From the NCBI GenBank assembly GCA_038279365.1, contig JAYODI010000054.1, positions 1 to 41,041 of the forward strand: DNA of 41,041 nucleotides, written 5' to 3'. Both the position numbers and the translations under genes were made by a program. Every line of letters begins with the position of its first letter. The first letter of the stretch is position 1. This document shows, piece after piece, positions 1 through 10,113 of the stretch. Source of the stretch: Candidatus Latescibacterota bacterium (GTDB lineage Bacteria > Latescibacterota > UBA2968). Under the pieces are notes generated by a model. The model was not told where the DNA came from and did not search any database. It was given only the letters and a program-made list of their open reading frames with translations.

Positions 1-60
1 GAGTTAAGGTTGGGGCATGGTGATACTTGGTTTAAATGATATCAAAATATAAATTATAGA

Positions 61-93
61 AGGGGTTATGTGATTTTGAGCATAACCTCTTTT
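61..93 (+). terminator. Probable intrinsic terminator of an upstream gene
   Basis: AGGGGTTATG...CATAACCTCT inverted repeat followed by a short T-run. Confidence 0.5.
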
Positions 94-244
94 AGCATTT
101 GAGCGAACAAATCATTGTGTATTTGTTGGATGTATGTATTTGGGAGGGAACAAAATATCATTTAAGATGTTTAATATAGATAATATTTATGTTTGGATAC
201 TTACCGTTAGATTGAGATACGGTGAAAAGATCGGGAGGCTTGGG

Positions 245-1318
245 ATGTTTGGACATCCAAAAAAACAAATGTGGTTTGTTTTATCTTTTTGTGTGGCACT
301 GAGTTTGGGATCGATGCCTGTTGGGGCTGGCATGATTAAAAGTGTGGGGCTTGCAACGTCTTATAATAACAATGTGTTGCGAGACTCAAACAGTCAAGGT
401 GACTACATTACCCAATTAAATGGATTTTTCGCCTGGAGCTATGGCAAGGCACAATCACAAACCCAGTTCTATTACTCTGGAACGGGGTATATGTTTGCAG
501 AAATTGGGAGCCGATCTTTTCTTTTGAATGGTGTGGGGGTGTCTTATTCGGGAGAATTTGGGCAAGGAAAACAGGTGCAGGTGGGGAGTTTTGCGTCGGT
601 GCGTTTGGACCGTGCGGGGTATGAAGTTTATAATAATTATGGCTTAAAGAATTATGCAACATTTAAGATGTATTTACCGAAGCGTGTGATGTTGCATGTG
701 GGCTACACGCTTCAGGTGAGAAATTATTGGCAGATGGATGTTGGTCAATATGCCGATCATTCTATTTATGCGCAAATGAGCAAACAATTTTCGACACAAA
801 CGTTGTTACGCGGTGATGTGGGGTATGGTTTTAAACAGCATGGTGATTCTGAGGGGCAAATTGTTTTGGGTCTTGAATTGGGTCAACCATTGGCTGAAAA
901 TACAAGCTTGAGTGTGCGGTATGAACGGCGGGTGAACACCCATGCCCATGTATTTGGTGGTGATCTTTTGGATCAAGATATTGACCTGTTGAACAACCGT
1001 TATGATTACAATGGGCAAGTTTGGTCGGCCAAATTGATACAACAATTGCCTCATCGCAGACAGTTGATTATGGCAGGTGGTTTGGCGGTGCGTCATTATC
1101 AAACATTGACCACATTGGCTTGGCAAGGCGTGCCACTTTTTGCTGATGATTTGCGCAAAGATAAAAACCCATACCTCTCTGTGGCTTTTGAAACCCCTTT
1201 GGGCAATCGGGTGCGTGGGCGTATGGTATATGATTTTGAAAGCAACAAATCGAATGACGCGTTTTATCATTTTGGCAAACGCAATAATTTGTCTTTAGAT
1301 GTTGGGTTTTCGTTTTAA
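245..1318 (+). CDS. Outer-membrane beta-barrel protein, unknown function
   Basis: ATG 245 follows GGGAGG; signal-peptide-like N-terminus; alternating aromatic beta-strand pattern; C-terminal LDVGFSF with terminal Phe. Confidence 0.75.
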   Translation: MFGHPKKQMWFVLSFCVALSLGSMPVGAGMIKSVGLATSYNNNVLRDSNSQGDYITQLNGFFAWSYGKAQSQTQFYYSGTGYMFAEIGSRSFLLNGVGVSYSGEFGQGKQVQVGSFASVRLDRAGYEVYNNYGLKNYATFKMYLPKRVMLHVGYTLQVRNYWQMDVGQYADHSIYAQMSKQFSTQTLLRGDVGYGFKQHGDSEGQIVLGLELGQPLAENTSLSVRYERRVNTHAHVFGGDLLDQDIDLLNNRYDYNGQVWSAKLIQQLPHRRQLIMAGGLAVRHYQTLTTLAWQGVPLFADDLRKDKNPYLSVAFETPLGNRVRGRMVYDFESNKSNDAFYHFGKRNNLSLDVGFSF

Positions 1319-1336
1319 ACATAAAAGAAACATGTC

Positions 1337-1376
1337 AAAAAAGCGGTTACGAGTTGGATCTCGTAACCGCTTTTTT
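1337..1376. terminator. Bidirectional intrinsic terminator
   Basis: AAAAAA-GCGGTTACGAG-ttggat-CTCGTAACCGC-TTTTTT between convergent genes. Confidence 0.9.
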
Positions 1377-1396
1377 GTTTATAGAGCAGGGCTTCG

Positions 1397-2641
1397 TTAA
1401 GATAATTTTCCCAAATAAACTTCTGTGGCTTGGGTATAGTCGTAGGTGGGGTCACTAAACAAACCCGCATTGACACCCGACGTGTATAAATACCAATGTT
1501 TGTCGGGGATCGGGTTGGGGTTTGCCCAGTTCCATTGTTCAATGGCAGGGAGCCATCGGGCATTGTTGGGATCGGTATCGGTGAGTTGATCACAACCGAT
1601 GACTTCGCCATTGGGGCTAAATGCGATATGGAAAAGTTCATGAGAAGGGTCATACCACCCAGAAGGTTGCTTATCGGGACGGGTGCCAACGAGTAAATGG
1701 ACATGGTCATTTTGATCATAAGAAATGGCGGTGGATTTGCCTTGCGATAAGTCTATGTTGGGAAGGGCTTCGGCCAAATCGATGCGATGCCAATCTTGAT
1801 AGGTTTTGCGCCACATCACGCCACTTTGAGAATCGGGCATAGAGCAAAATATCCAAGGGTGACCATTTTTATCTATGACGTGGGTACCAATGCGCAAAGA
1901 GTGGGATGGATTGTCATAACACTGTGCAAAGGGTGTGGCTGTTTCAATGGTGAGAGGCAGGTTGCAGGGCTTGCCTTCATTCACCCACGAATCGCCACCA
2001 TCTAAAGAGGTCATATGAATGGCTGATTTGCCCAAACACTCGCGGGCATGTCCCGATTCTGAATAATGAAATTGGAAGGTGAGATGCAATGTGCCAGTTG
2101 GGCCAAAAGATAAGGAATGCATAAAATGGTTGTAACCTGGGGTGGGGCTTTGGGCAATGGCTATGGGTTTTTCCCAGTTTCCATTGGGGCGTTTTCGGGT
2201 GTATTGCAATTGCCATTTGTCGCCACTTTCGCGCCAGGCCAAATGCAATGTGCCTTCTTTGTCGATGCAAAATGCAGGATAACTGTGTTTGGGGCCAATG
2301 GGCACGGGGTTTGACCACGAATGGGGATCGGATGGGGTGTCTGACCAACGGTGTAAAAAGTCGCCATGGTGGGCACCTATTAGGACATGGAGACGGTTGT
2401 TGTGATCCAATAAGAGTGCGGGCCCACAGTGGTTGTCGCGGCCTTCACCCAATGGAATGGTGTGACTGAGTGCACCTGTTTGGCCATTGCAAACACCTAT
2501 TTGTATGGTGGCCGGATCACCTTGTTTTTGGGGGGCATCAAGCCAACCCACATACAATTCGTTGTCTCGCCGAACGATTTTGTTGCTGATGTTGTAGGCT
2601 GTTGCTCGGTCTGATCCTTGATTTGAAAGTTTGACATGCAT
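1397..2641 (-). CDS. BNR-4 repeat beta-propeller protein (possible carbohydrate-active enzyme)
   Basis: Start MHVKLSNQ behind AGGAG; DNHCGPAL...HVLIGAHHG motif, SYP, Asp-box SLDGGDSW; no signal peptide. Confidence 0.7.
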   Translation of the reverse strand: MHVKLSNQGSDRATAYNISNKIVRRDNELYVGWLDAPQKQGDPATIQIGVCNGQTGALSHTIPLGEGRDNHCGPALLLDHNNRLHVLIGAHHGDFLHRWSDTPSDPHSWSNPVPIGPKHSYPAFCIDKEGTLHLAWRESGDKWQLQYTRKRPNGNWEKPIAIAQSPTPGYNHFMHSLSFGPTGTLHLTFQFHYSESGHARECLGKSAIHMTSLDGGDSWVNEGKPCNLPLTIETATPFAQCYDNPSHSLRIGTHVIDKNGHPWIFCSMPDSQSGVMWRKTYQDWHRIDLAEALPNIDLSQGKSTAISYDQNDHVHLLVGTRPDKQPSGWYDPSHELFHIAFSPNGEVIGCDQLTDTDPNNARWLPAIEQWNWANPNPIPDKHWYLYTSGVNAGLFSDPTYDYTQATEVYLGKLS

Positions 2642-2660
2642 TTTATGACTCCTGCGATGA

Positions 2661-3623
2661 TTATCTTTGGGCAAATTGCAAAAGGGCCCGCATATACCCA
2701 AGAGAAAAAGCCATGCCGCGATGGCGATAGTTGGATTCTCCTTGGATGATGGGGCAGTGATCGGGTATGAGTACGCCATCGTATTGAACATCTTTGTATG
2801 CTTGAATGGCGTCAAACATATTGACGTCACCTTCGTCTATAAAAACCTCATCGAATTTGGGAAATTGTCCTCGTACATTGCGAAAATGGACATAAAATAT
2901 TTTTTGTTGTTTGCCAAAACGGTGGATGGCCTCAATGACTTTGTCGGGGGCCATTTCGGCCACGGTACCTTGGCAAAATTCAAGCCCATTATTGGGGCTT
3001 GGAACGATGTCGAGCAAGCGTTGCATATTGTCGTGATTGGTAAGCAAGCGGCCGATACCGCGCAAATATTCGGCAGGTGGATCATCTTGGTGAGCGGCCA
3101 GTTTTACCCCTGCTTCTTCGGCAATGGGTATGATGCGTTTGAGATAATATTCTAAGCGCTGCCACATGGCGTCAATGCTTACCGCACCCGTTTCGTGTGT
3201 AGATGTATCGGGGACTTTGCTTAGGTCAAAGCTCTTGATGCCACACCCACCACGACCGCCTCCTTTGTAATTGCGCCAGTGTCCCCAAACTTTGACTATG
3301 CTAAAATAGTAGCCCAATATGGGAATTTCTGCTTTGCCCATGTTGCGTAAAGTTTGGCCAATATTGTCAATTTGTTCGTCGCGTTTAGGACCGGCATGCA
3401 ATACGTCATTCCAGTGGTCATTGGGTAAGTTTTCTATGGCTGCAAATTCGAGATCGTGCTTGTGAATGAGGTCTTTTAATGCATTGAGTTGGTCTAATTC
3501 TAAAATACCCCGATCACCCAAACGTGGGTTGTGAACCACAATGTGTGTGACCCCCAATTGTTTGGCAAAGAGCAGGTTGTCGTCTGTGACGTGTTGTTGT
3601 GGAAAACCAATACCGAGTTTCAT
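2661..3623 (-). CDS. uxuA: Mannonate dehydratase family protein
   Basis: AIEN, IPIAEEAGVKLAAHQDDPP, GLEFCQGT, YVHFRNV, FIDEGDVNM, PDH, AFSLGY motifs. Confidence 0.85.
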   Translation of the reverse strand: MKLGIGFPQQHVTDDNLLFAKQLGVTHIVVHNPRLGDRGILELDQLNALKDLIHKHDLEFAAIENLPNDHWNDVLHAGPKRDEQIDNIGQTLRNMGKAEIPILGYYFSIVKVWGHWRNYKGGGRGGCGIKSFDLSKVPDTSTHETGAVSIDAMWQRLEYYLKRIIPIAEEAGVKLAAHQDDPPAEYLRGIGRLLTNHDNMQRLLDIVPSPNNGLEFCQGTVAEMAPDKVIEAIHRFGKQQKIFYVHFRNVRGQFPKFDEVFIDEGDVNMFDAIQAYKDVQYDGVLIPDHCPIIQGESNYRHRGMAFSLGYMRALLQFAQR

Positions 3624-3663
3624 AGTATCTCCATATAGGTTAAGAATGAAAATTAACGCAGGT

Positions 3664-3692
3664 ATGATAGGCGAGATTTTTTATGCTGTCAA
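3664..3692 (-). promoter_or_regulatory. sigma-70 promoter for the uxuA operon
   Basis: Minus strand TTGACA-17 nt-TATCAT about 40 nt upstream of the uxuA start. Confidence 0.7.
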
Positions 3693-3800
3693 TTTTTGTT
3701 CGAAGGGTTAAATTGGGAAATCGGTTTTGAAAAGTGGGGGTAAAAAATGAAAGATGGATTTCTGGTTCGGACAAATATTCAAAAAAGGAAGGGAAGTTTC

Positions 3801-5051
3801 ATGGGGAAAACAACAGTGTCTGTGGAAGGTGAAAAAATATTGATCAATGGGAAATTGGTCTACGCTGACCTAGAAAAAAGCAATCCCAATGCTCATGGCT
3901 TGTTGATGAATGCACGATTTATTCAGGGTATTTTTGACGATAAAGCCGATGCCAATCGTTTTGCACGTTGGGGGTATCTCGAATGGGATGCGATGGCCAA
4001 TACCGATCGTTTAATTGCTGCTTTACCAGAGTGGTATCGACATGGGCTAAGAGGGTTTACGGTTGGTTTTCAAGGGGGTGGACCTTGTTTTACGACGCCC
4101 AATCATACAATAGACAACAACCCATTTGGTGCAGATGGTTTAACGTTGGATGCTGAATATGCCACGCGTATGGACAAACTGATTAAAGGTGCAGATGAGG
4201 CGGGTATGGTTGTGTTTGTTAGCTATTTTTATGGTGATCAGGCAAAACGCCTTAAAGATGGCAAAGCCGTTCGCAATGCGGTTACAACGGCTTCGCGATT
4301 TTTGAAAGAAGGGGGCTACACCAATGTGATTGTTGAAGTGGCCAACGAAATGAATATTGGGTCTTTTGACGCACACCCCATCATTCAGCAACCAGAAGGC
4401 ATGGCTGCATTGTTGGATTTGGCACGTGAAGAATCGGGCGGGATGCTTGTGGGATGCAGTGGCGGGGGTGGGTATCGAAATATTGAGGTGGCCAAAGCGA
4501 GTGACGTGATTATCATTCATGGCAATGGGTGTACACGACAACGATATTACAATATGATACAAGAGGTGCGTGGGTGGCAATTGAATCGGCCAATTGTGTG
4601 CAATGAAGATTCTCAGGCATTAAGTCAAATAGAAGTGGCCTATAAAACACAAACTTCTTGGGGTTATTATAACAACATGACCAAACAAGAACCGCCTGCC
4701 GACTGGGGCATTACCAAAGGTGAAGATGCTTTTTTTGCCTGGCGCATGGCAGAAGGTATTGGCATTGCGGTTGATCCCATAGCAAAAGAAGATCAATATT
4801 ATTTGCAAGGATTAGAACCCAACTGGTCTTATGATGGGAAACGTTGGTTACGGGTGGCCAGTTTGTATCCTGAAACCATCAATTATGTCGATTTCTACCG
4901 TGATGGGAAATTGGTTTATACATCTTATGACGACCCCTATTCCATCTACTTTCAGACAAACTGGCGACAAGGTGCGGTTGATGTCAGTGCGGGCGATGGC
5001 GAATGGAAAGCGTTTATTCATTTGACGGACGGGATTGTTATTGAAAAGTAG
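3801..5051 (+). CDS. Hypothetical glycoside-hydrolase-like (clan GH-A type TIM barrel) protein
   Basis: VEVANE (acid/base-like) and PIVCNED (nucleophile-like) motifs; start MGKTT behind AAGGAAGG; no signal peptide. Confidence 0.55.
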   Translation: MGKTTVSVEGEKILINGKLVYADLEKSNPNAHGLLMNARFIQGIFDDKADANRFARWGYLEWDAMANTDRLIAALPEWYRHGLRGFTVGFQGGGPCFTTPNHTIDNNPFGADGLTLDAEYATRMDKLIKGADEAGMVVFVSYFYGDQAKRLKDGKAVRNAVTTASRFLKEGGYTNVIVEVANEMNIGSFDAHPIIQQPEGMAALLDLAREESGGMLVGCSGGGGYRNIEVAKASDVIIIHGNGCTRQRYYNMIQEVRGWQLNRPIVCNEDSQALSQIEVAYKTQTSWGYYNNMTKQEPPADWGITKGEDAFFAWRMAEGIGIAVDPIAKEDQYYLQGLEPNWSYDGKRWLRVASLYPETINYVDFYRDGKLVYTSYDDPYSIYFQTNWRQGAVDVSAGDGEWKAFIHLTDGIVIEK

Positions 5052-5068
5052 GTTTGAGCGGAGATGGT

Positions 5069-6448
5069 ATGGATGCTATGGTAATTGAAAAAATTGAAGT
5101 TTTGGCACAGCAAACACTGGAGACGCACCGCTTGCCAGGCATTGCGTTGGGGGTTGTGCAAGGGGGAGAACTGGCTTGGTTTGGTGGATTTGGGCGAGGA
5201 GACCTGGATGGAAATGAGACACCTCATTCCCATTCGCTTGCCCGTGTTGCTTCTGTTACAAAAACATTTACAACAACGGCTATTTTACAACTGCGCGATG
5301 CAGGTAAACTGAGCTTAGATGATCCGTTGATTCAGCACCTGCCCGAGTTTGGGGCAGTCAAGGTTGTGGCGGGTTCATTGGCAGATGTGACTTTGCGTCG
5401 GTTGTTAACCCATTATTCGGGTTTATCAACGGAAGCACCTTTACCTGGTTGGGATGCCTTAAACTTTCCAACACGTGAAGCCATTTTGGAGGCCTTGGAT
5501 CAAACAGAAATTGTCATTGATCAAGATTCCGATTGGAAATATTCCAATTTGGCATTTGGCCTTTTGGGAGAAGTGATTCAACGTGTGTCCCGGCAATCTT
5601 ATGAAGATTATATTAAAGACCACATTTTGGATCCTTTGGGCATGACGGCTACGGTATTTGATTTGGTGGACGCAAACCGAGATCATTTGCTTACGGGATA
5701 TGATCCGTCGCCCTATCAAGATAGACCCAACAAAGCACCGTATGCACATTTGAATGGTTTGGCGGCGGCAGGGCAACTTTTTTCGAGTGTCTCCGATTTG
5801 GCCAAGTGGGTGTTGTTTCAATTTTGCGAAGATGGGGGGATGCGGGCTGGGGCACAAGTTTTGTCGGGGCGATCGCTCAGGGAAATGCATCGGCCACAAT
5901 ATATGTCACCCGATTGGTCTTCTGGGCAATGTTTGGGGTGGCGGGCAACACGCGTGGGCAATCGGGTATATTACAACCATGGAGGGGGAATCCACGGTTT
6001 TGCCACACAAGTTTGGTTTAACGTACCCAGCCAATTGGGCGTGATTCAGGTTATCAATATGTGGCCACCACCTGGTGGTCAGTCTTTGGTGCAAGATGTG
6101 TTAGAAATGCTTTTAAAAGAATCTTCGGGTGTCTCTCAAAAAACAACTGCAACCCCTTCGCAGGTACCACAAGAATATGCTGACATGTTGGGCTTGTATT
6201 GTGCGGCGCCTGGCATTTGGGTATCAGTGGTCTGGCGTGATAATAAATTACAATTGCAAGTACCTAAAGGACAGGCCTATTCGCTTCATGCACCTGCAGT
6301 GTTGAAACCCATGGAAGAAGATTCTTTTCGGGTGGTGGGGGGGCGAGGGGCAGGTGAAAAAGTGGTATTTGAACGTTGTCAAGGACAGGTGATCCAGTAT
6401 GAATTGGGTGCATTTGTTTTTAAGAAGCTTAATTACAAAGGAGAATAG
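5069..6448 (+). CDS. Serine hydrolase, beta-lactamase/PBP-like family
   Basis: SxxK (ASVTK), LLTHYSGL, YSN and HGG motifs; start codon uncertain (5054/5069/5078). Confidence 0.85.
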   Translation: MDAMVIEKIEVLAQQTLETHRLPGIALGVVQGGELAWFGGFGRGDLDGNETPHSHSLARVASVTKTFTTTAILQLRDAGKLSLDDPLIQHLPEFGAVKVVAGSLADVTLRRLLTHYSGLSTEAPLPGWDALNFPTREAILEALDQTEIVIDQDSDWKYSNLAFGLLGEVIQRVSRQSYEDYIKDHILDPLGMTATVFDLVDANRDHLLTGYDPSPYQDRPNKAPYAHLNGLAAAGQLFSSVSDLAKWVLFQFCEDGGMRAGAQVLSGRSLREMHRPQYMSPDWSSGQCLGWRATRVGNRVYYNHGGGIHGFATQVWFNVPSQLGVIQVINMWPPPGGQSLVQDVLEMLLKESSGVSQKTTATPSQVPQEYADMLGLYCAAPGIWVSVVWRDNKLQLQVPKGQAYSLHAPAVLKPMEEDSFRVVGGRGAGEKVVFERCQGQVIQYELGAFVFKKLNYKGE

Positions 6449-6451
6449 CCG

Positions 6452-7945
6452 ATGAGCCAGGACCGTATATTGGAATCGGTCAAACGGTTTGCTGATTTGA
6501 TTTTAGATAAAGGGCGCTATTTGTATGGCAACCAGGAAAATCCTTTGATTGCTGATGGCATCGATTTGGTCAATGGTGGTGGGGCGCGTATTGATGTGGC
6601 TGCAGAAGTGGTTGATGGGGCTGTGTTGTCTAATCCCGCCTGTCAGCAACGTTTGTTGCGGACGTTGGTGGGGTTGTCTCGTTTGACAGGAGACGAGACC
6701 TATGGCAATGCCGCTGAATCTGTGATGAAATATATGTTTGATGTGTTGTCTGATAAAAACGGATTGTTTTATTGGGGAGGGCATGTGGCGTTTGATTTGG
6801 AGCACAATAAAATTGTGACTGGAAAATCGGGGCCCCATGAATTGAAGTGCCATTATCCTTTTTATGATTTGATGTGGGACATCAATCCTGAAGGAACCAA
6901 GCGATATATTGAGGCTTTTTGGAACGCCCATATTTATAATTGGCAGGTTTTGGATTTTAGTAGGCACGGAAAATACGATTTGGAAATGGGCGATTTGTGG
7001 AACCATCGGTATCACCCTGGGCGTATCTTTTTTGTTGGGCGTGGGCTTACCTTTATTAACTGTGGCAGTGACTTGTATTATGCTGCAGGTATGTTACATG
7101 GCCTTGGGGGTGAAATTATGCCATTGACTTGGGCACAGCGTTTAAATGGGCGGTATTTGGAAACCCGTGACCCCAATACGGGTATGGGGGGATATCAGTT
7201 TACGCTGAGACATTTGCCAGGGGCACAATATTGGTCAGATCGGGCGATCCATCAATTTGGGAATCAATTGGCGGGGCATTTTATTGCCGAAGGAGCCATT
7301 TCGCACCCTCGACAAATTCAGGCAATATGTGGGTTGGCTGGGTTGGCAAGGATGGCGCTATCTGATCGTTTGGGTGATATTGGGTGGAATTTTGCGCAAA
7401 CGGCCATAGAAGATTTGATTGCTTACGGTAAGTGGGCTTACGAACCATCTGACAATACTTTGCACGCAACGCATACCGATGGCACGCGTTTAACGGGGTT
7501 GGTGTTTGAACAAGATGGTTATTATGGCAAAGCAGGCAGTACGTGGGAACCTGTTCGGGCGGGTGGGTTGATGTTGCGGGCTTATGCAACGGCTTATCGT
7601 TTGTGTTTGGATCGTGTAGAGCGTGCCTTTTTGTGGCAAATGATAAGAGATATTGCCCGTGGCAACGGCTTGGGTGATTTTGATGGCCAAGCAAACCTCA
7701 TCACAGACTGTGCCGATGCCGATACCATTCATGCATTGATCGAACTGTATGCTTGTACGCAGCTCGACGTTTTTCTCGATTTGGCTGAGCGTGTGGTGCA
7801 CAATATTATGGGGAGCCGTTTTCGGGAGGGGTATTTTGTAAGTGGGGACAGGGCATTGGTTGACGACCCCGCGCCATTGGCGTTGTTGCGTTTTTTTGCG
7901 GCCCGTGAGAATGTTTGGGATCAGGTGCCCAACCCCATTCGATGA
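6452..7945 (+). CDS. Polysaccharide lyase family 2 (PelW-like pectate lyase), probably cytoplasmic
   Basis: SNPACQQRLLRTL.GLS.LTGD, GLFYWGGH, HELKCHYPFYDLM, FWNAH, GLTFIN.G.DL motifs; no signal peptide. Confidence 0.8.
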   Translation: MSQDRILESVKRFADLILDKGRYLYGNQENPLIADGIDLVNGGGARIDVAAEVVDGAVLSNPACQQRLLRTLVGLSRLTGDETYGNAAESVMKYMFDVLSDKNGLFYWGGHVAFDLEHNKIVTGKSGPHELKCHYPFYDLMWDINPEGTKRYIEAFWNAHIYNWQVLDFSRHGKYDLEMGDLWNHRYHPGRIFFVGRGLTFINCGSDLYYAAGMLHGLGGEIMPLTWAQRLNGRYLETRDPNTGMGGYQFTLRHLPGAQYWSDRAIHQFGNQLAGHFIAEGAISHPRQIQAICGLAGLARMALSDRLGDIGWNFAQTAIEDLIAYGKWAYEPSDNTLHATHTDGTRLTGLVFEQDGYYGKAGSTWEPVRAGGLMLRAYATAYRLCLDRVERAFLWQMIRDIARGNGLGDFDGQANLITDCADADTIHALIELYACTQLDVFLDLAERVVHNIMGSRFREGYFVSGDRALVDDPAPLALLRFFAARENVWDQVPNPIR

Positions 7946-7950
7946 TTTAG

Positions 7951-7979
7951 AAGCCCGTCAACGTGACGGGCTTTTTTTT
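7951..7979 (+). terminator. Intrinsic terminator
   Basis: AAGCCCGTCA-acg-TGACGGGCTT plus T-run. Confidence 0.85.
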
Positions 7980-7983
7980 ATGA

Positions 7984-9948
7984 TTACCAATAATGCACCA
8001 AATGCCCTTGGCCAGAAAACCAAATGGCATCAACCACAAACGCCCACACAACACCTGCGGTGTAACCCGCAATAAGACCCAGAAAGATGGGTTGTGCGCG
8101 TTGATAGAGTTGAACCCCGCCCACTTTCATGATGATTGATTTTGCAACCCAAGCCATGAAAACTGGCATGACCAGATGGGCAGTGTTGTCGGCAGATGAC
8201 AGGGCAAGGCCAATGGGGTGCAAGGGCCACCAAGAGAGGCGATAACGCAAAAACGTGAGGGTGGCCATGAGACCTGCTCCAATGCCAAAAAAGATCAGCC
8301 GATTGGGATCGGCTGCTTGTGGGGTGCGCATTTGAACCAGTGTGGTGCTGAAAACATTTTTGGGATCACCGCTAAAAAATGGGAAACGCGGAAAATTGTA
8401 AGCACCGTGGGTATACCCTAAATAAAGGGTGAGTGTAACGGATGCAAATAGGCCCAATAAAATGCTGATGCATATCCAAAACAAGAGCTTGCGTCGGTTT
8501 TTACCCAATCCGTCACCTATTTGAACCGCGTGGGCAACACCGGGTGCAAACAGACCGCGCATATAATCGATGAGCGCATAAGAAAGGGCTACGGCGGTAA
8601 GACTTTGGGGCGATAGGCCAATGGTTCCGCGAACGTCCATTGCAAAGGCTTGGGGGGTAATGGTTGCACCTGCATACACAAGCCCCGCTTCGGTTACAAT
8701 ACGGGCAATGCCTATGTAAATGACACTGGATGCGGCAACAATAAGACCAGCAGTAACAAGATCCATGCCGGCGTGGTTAAGCCAATAGAACACATAAACA
8801 AGCCCCAAAATCAGCGTGATGAGTGCGGTGCGATAAGACAAAACTTCGCGATTGTCTTCAGCTTGAAGGCTTATGGCCGATTTCCAAACCTGGTGAAGGT
8901 GATGTCGGGCAACCCACAAACGCCAAACGACCAAACAGGCCAGTGCACCAAAACATTGATAAGCTTGGGTTGGTGGATCTGCGCTAAAGGAATCTGAAGA
9001 TTTTTGAATTTGGTAACCAAAACGATTGAAAAGACCGCCTTCAACAACATGTAGGAGGAAGAAAAACCACACGCTGAAAAGCACCTGCAAATTGGCAAAA
9101 TAGGCAAATCCAATGGTAAAGCAGTTGAGGGGTTCAACGTAGATATGGGGTGAATACCGTGTGAAATTGAATTTGCCAGCATGGGGGAAAATGTCGAGGG
9201 TGGGTAAAAGCGGATAGAACCACGACAAGGTTTTCCAAAACAGCAACACAAAAGGAAAAACCGCACCGGCCCAAAACAAGGGATTGTAAAATACGGTGGG
9301 TAATTTTTGATCACCAGCTATGAGATTTTCGGGTACGGCGACCAATGGATAAACCAATTTTTCGTTGTCTGCCCATTGCTTTCTTAAGATGACCATGACG
9401 CTGGCAGAAACGGCAAAAATGGCAGCAATGAGTGTGGCCCACCAGGCCAATGGGATAAACCATATGGTCCAGGGAATGTCTTGTCCAGGGCGAAGGCCTT
9501 CGAAAAAACCTCTTACGGCTTCTGGTTGGGTAGGCACAATCCAACTGTTGAGATAGGGGTGATAAAAATCAACCCAACTGTTTTCTGGTGTGGCAAAATA
9601 AAAGGGCGTGGAAATGACGCCAATGAGAAATCCCGTGATCCCCGAAGCGGGTACCACACATCCGACCATACCAATGGCCACCACAGCCATGAGTTCTGGA
9701 GGGTGATAGGCTTTGTGTGGTGACCACTTTTTGAGCAGGGGATTAACGATGAGGATGATGCCCAAAAACACCGCCATGAGAGTGAGTTGGAAAACACTCA
9801 AATTTAAACGAGAGGCATGTACAACCGTTTCAGAATAGGTCACCCAAAGATTAATAAAAACCACCACAAACAAACCCGTTGTTACAGATTTGTTTGTGAC
9901 ACCTTGTGTGGCTTGCTCGGTCACGATATGCGGGTGTATGAAAGCCAT
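7984..9948 (-). CDS. DUF6785/DUF6784-type polytopic membrane protein (putative transporter)
   Basis: Many TM helices; ILRKQW.D.EKL.YPL, RIVTEAGL, WWPLHPIG and GG.QLY...QP.FLGL motifs; start uncertain. Confidence 0.7.
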   Translation of the reverse strand: MAFIHPHIVTEQATQGVTNKSVTTGLFVVVFINLWVTYSETVVHASRLNLSVFQLTLMAVFLGIILIVNPLLKKWSPHKAYHPPELMAVVAIGMVGCVVPASGITGFLIGVISTPFYFATPENSWVDFYHPYLNSWIVPTQPEAVRGFFEGLRPGQDIPWTIWFIPLAWWATLIAAIFAVSASVMVILRKQWADNEKLVYPLVAVPENLIAGDQKLPTVFYNPLFWAGAVFPFVLLFWKTLSWFYPLLPTLDIFPHAGKFNFTRYSPHIYVEPLNCFTIGFAYFANLQVLFSVWFFFLLHVVEGGLFNRFGYQIQKSSDSFSADPPTQAYQCFGALACLVVWRLWVARHHLHQVWKSAISLQAEDNREVLSYRTALITLILGLVYVFYWLNHAGMDLVTAGLIVAASSVIYIGIARIVTEAGLVYAGATITPQAFAMDVRGTIGLSPQSLTAVALSYALIDYMRGLFAPGVAHAVQIGDGLGKNRRKLLFWICISILLGLFASVTLTLYLGYTHGAYNFPRFPFFSGDPKNVFSTTLVQMRTPQAADPNRLIFFGIGAGLMATLTFLRYRLSWWPLHPIGLALSSADNTAHLVMPVFMAWVAKSIIMKVGGVQLYQRAQPIFLGLIAGYTAGVVWAFVVDAIWFSGQGHLVHYW

Positions 9949-10055
9949 AAGAATATGGACGAAATGGGGGAATACCCCTTTAAGGGGATGGTGGTTTATG
10001 CCAAAAATATTAGGAAAGAACATAATACGCAGATTTTGATTTGCTTCACAACAAT

Positions 10056-10092
10056 AAAAAAACCCGCTAAACCACCTGGTTTAGCGGGTTTT
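10056..10092 (-). terminator. Intrinsic terminator of the MFS-porin operon
   Basis: A7-CCCGCTAAACCA-cc-TGGTTTAGCGGG-TTTT. Confidence 0.85.
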
Positions 10093-10113
10093 GCTTTGGG
10101 TGATATAAACGAT

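Noticed and set aside
5069-6448. Antibiotic-resistance beta-lactamase
   Set aside because: No signal peptide and catabolic context; the motifs are shared by many esterases and peptidases of this fold.
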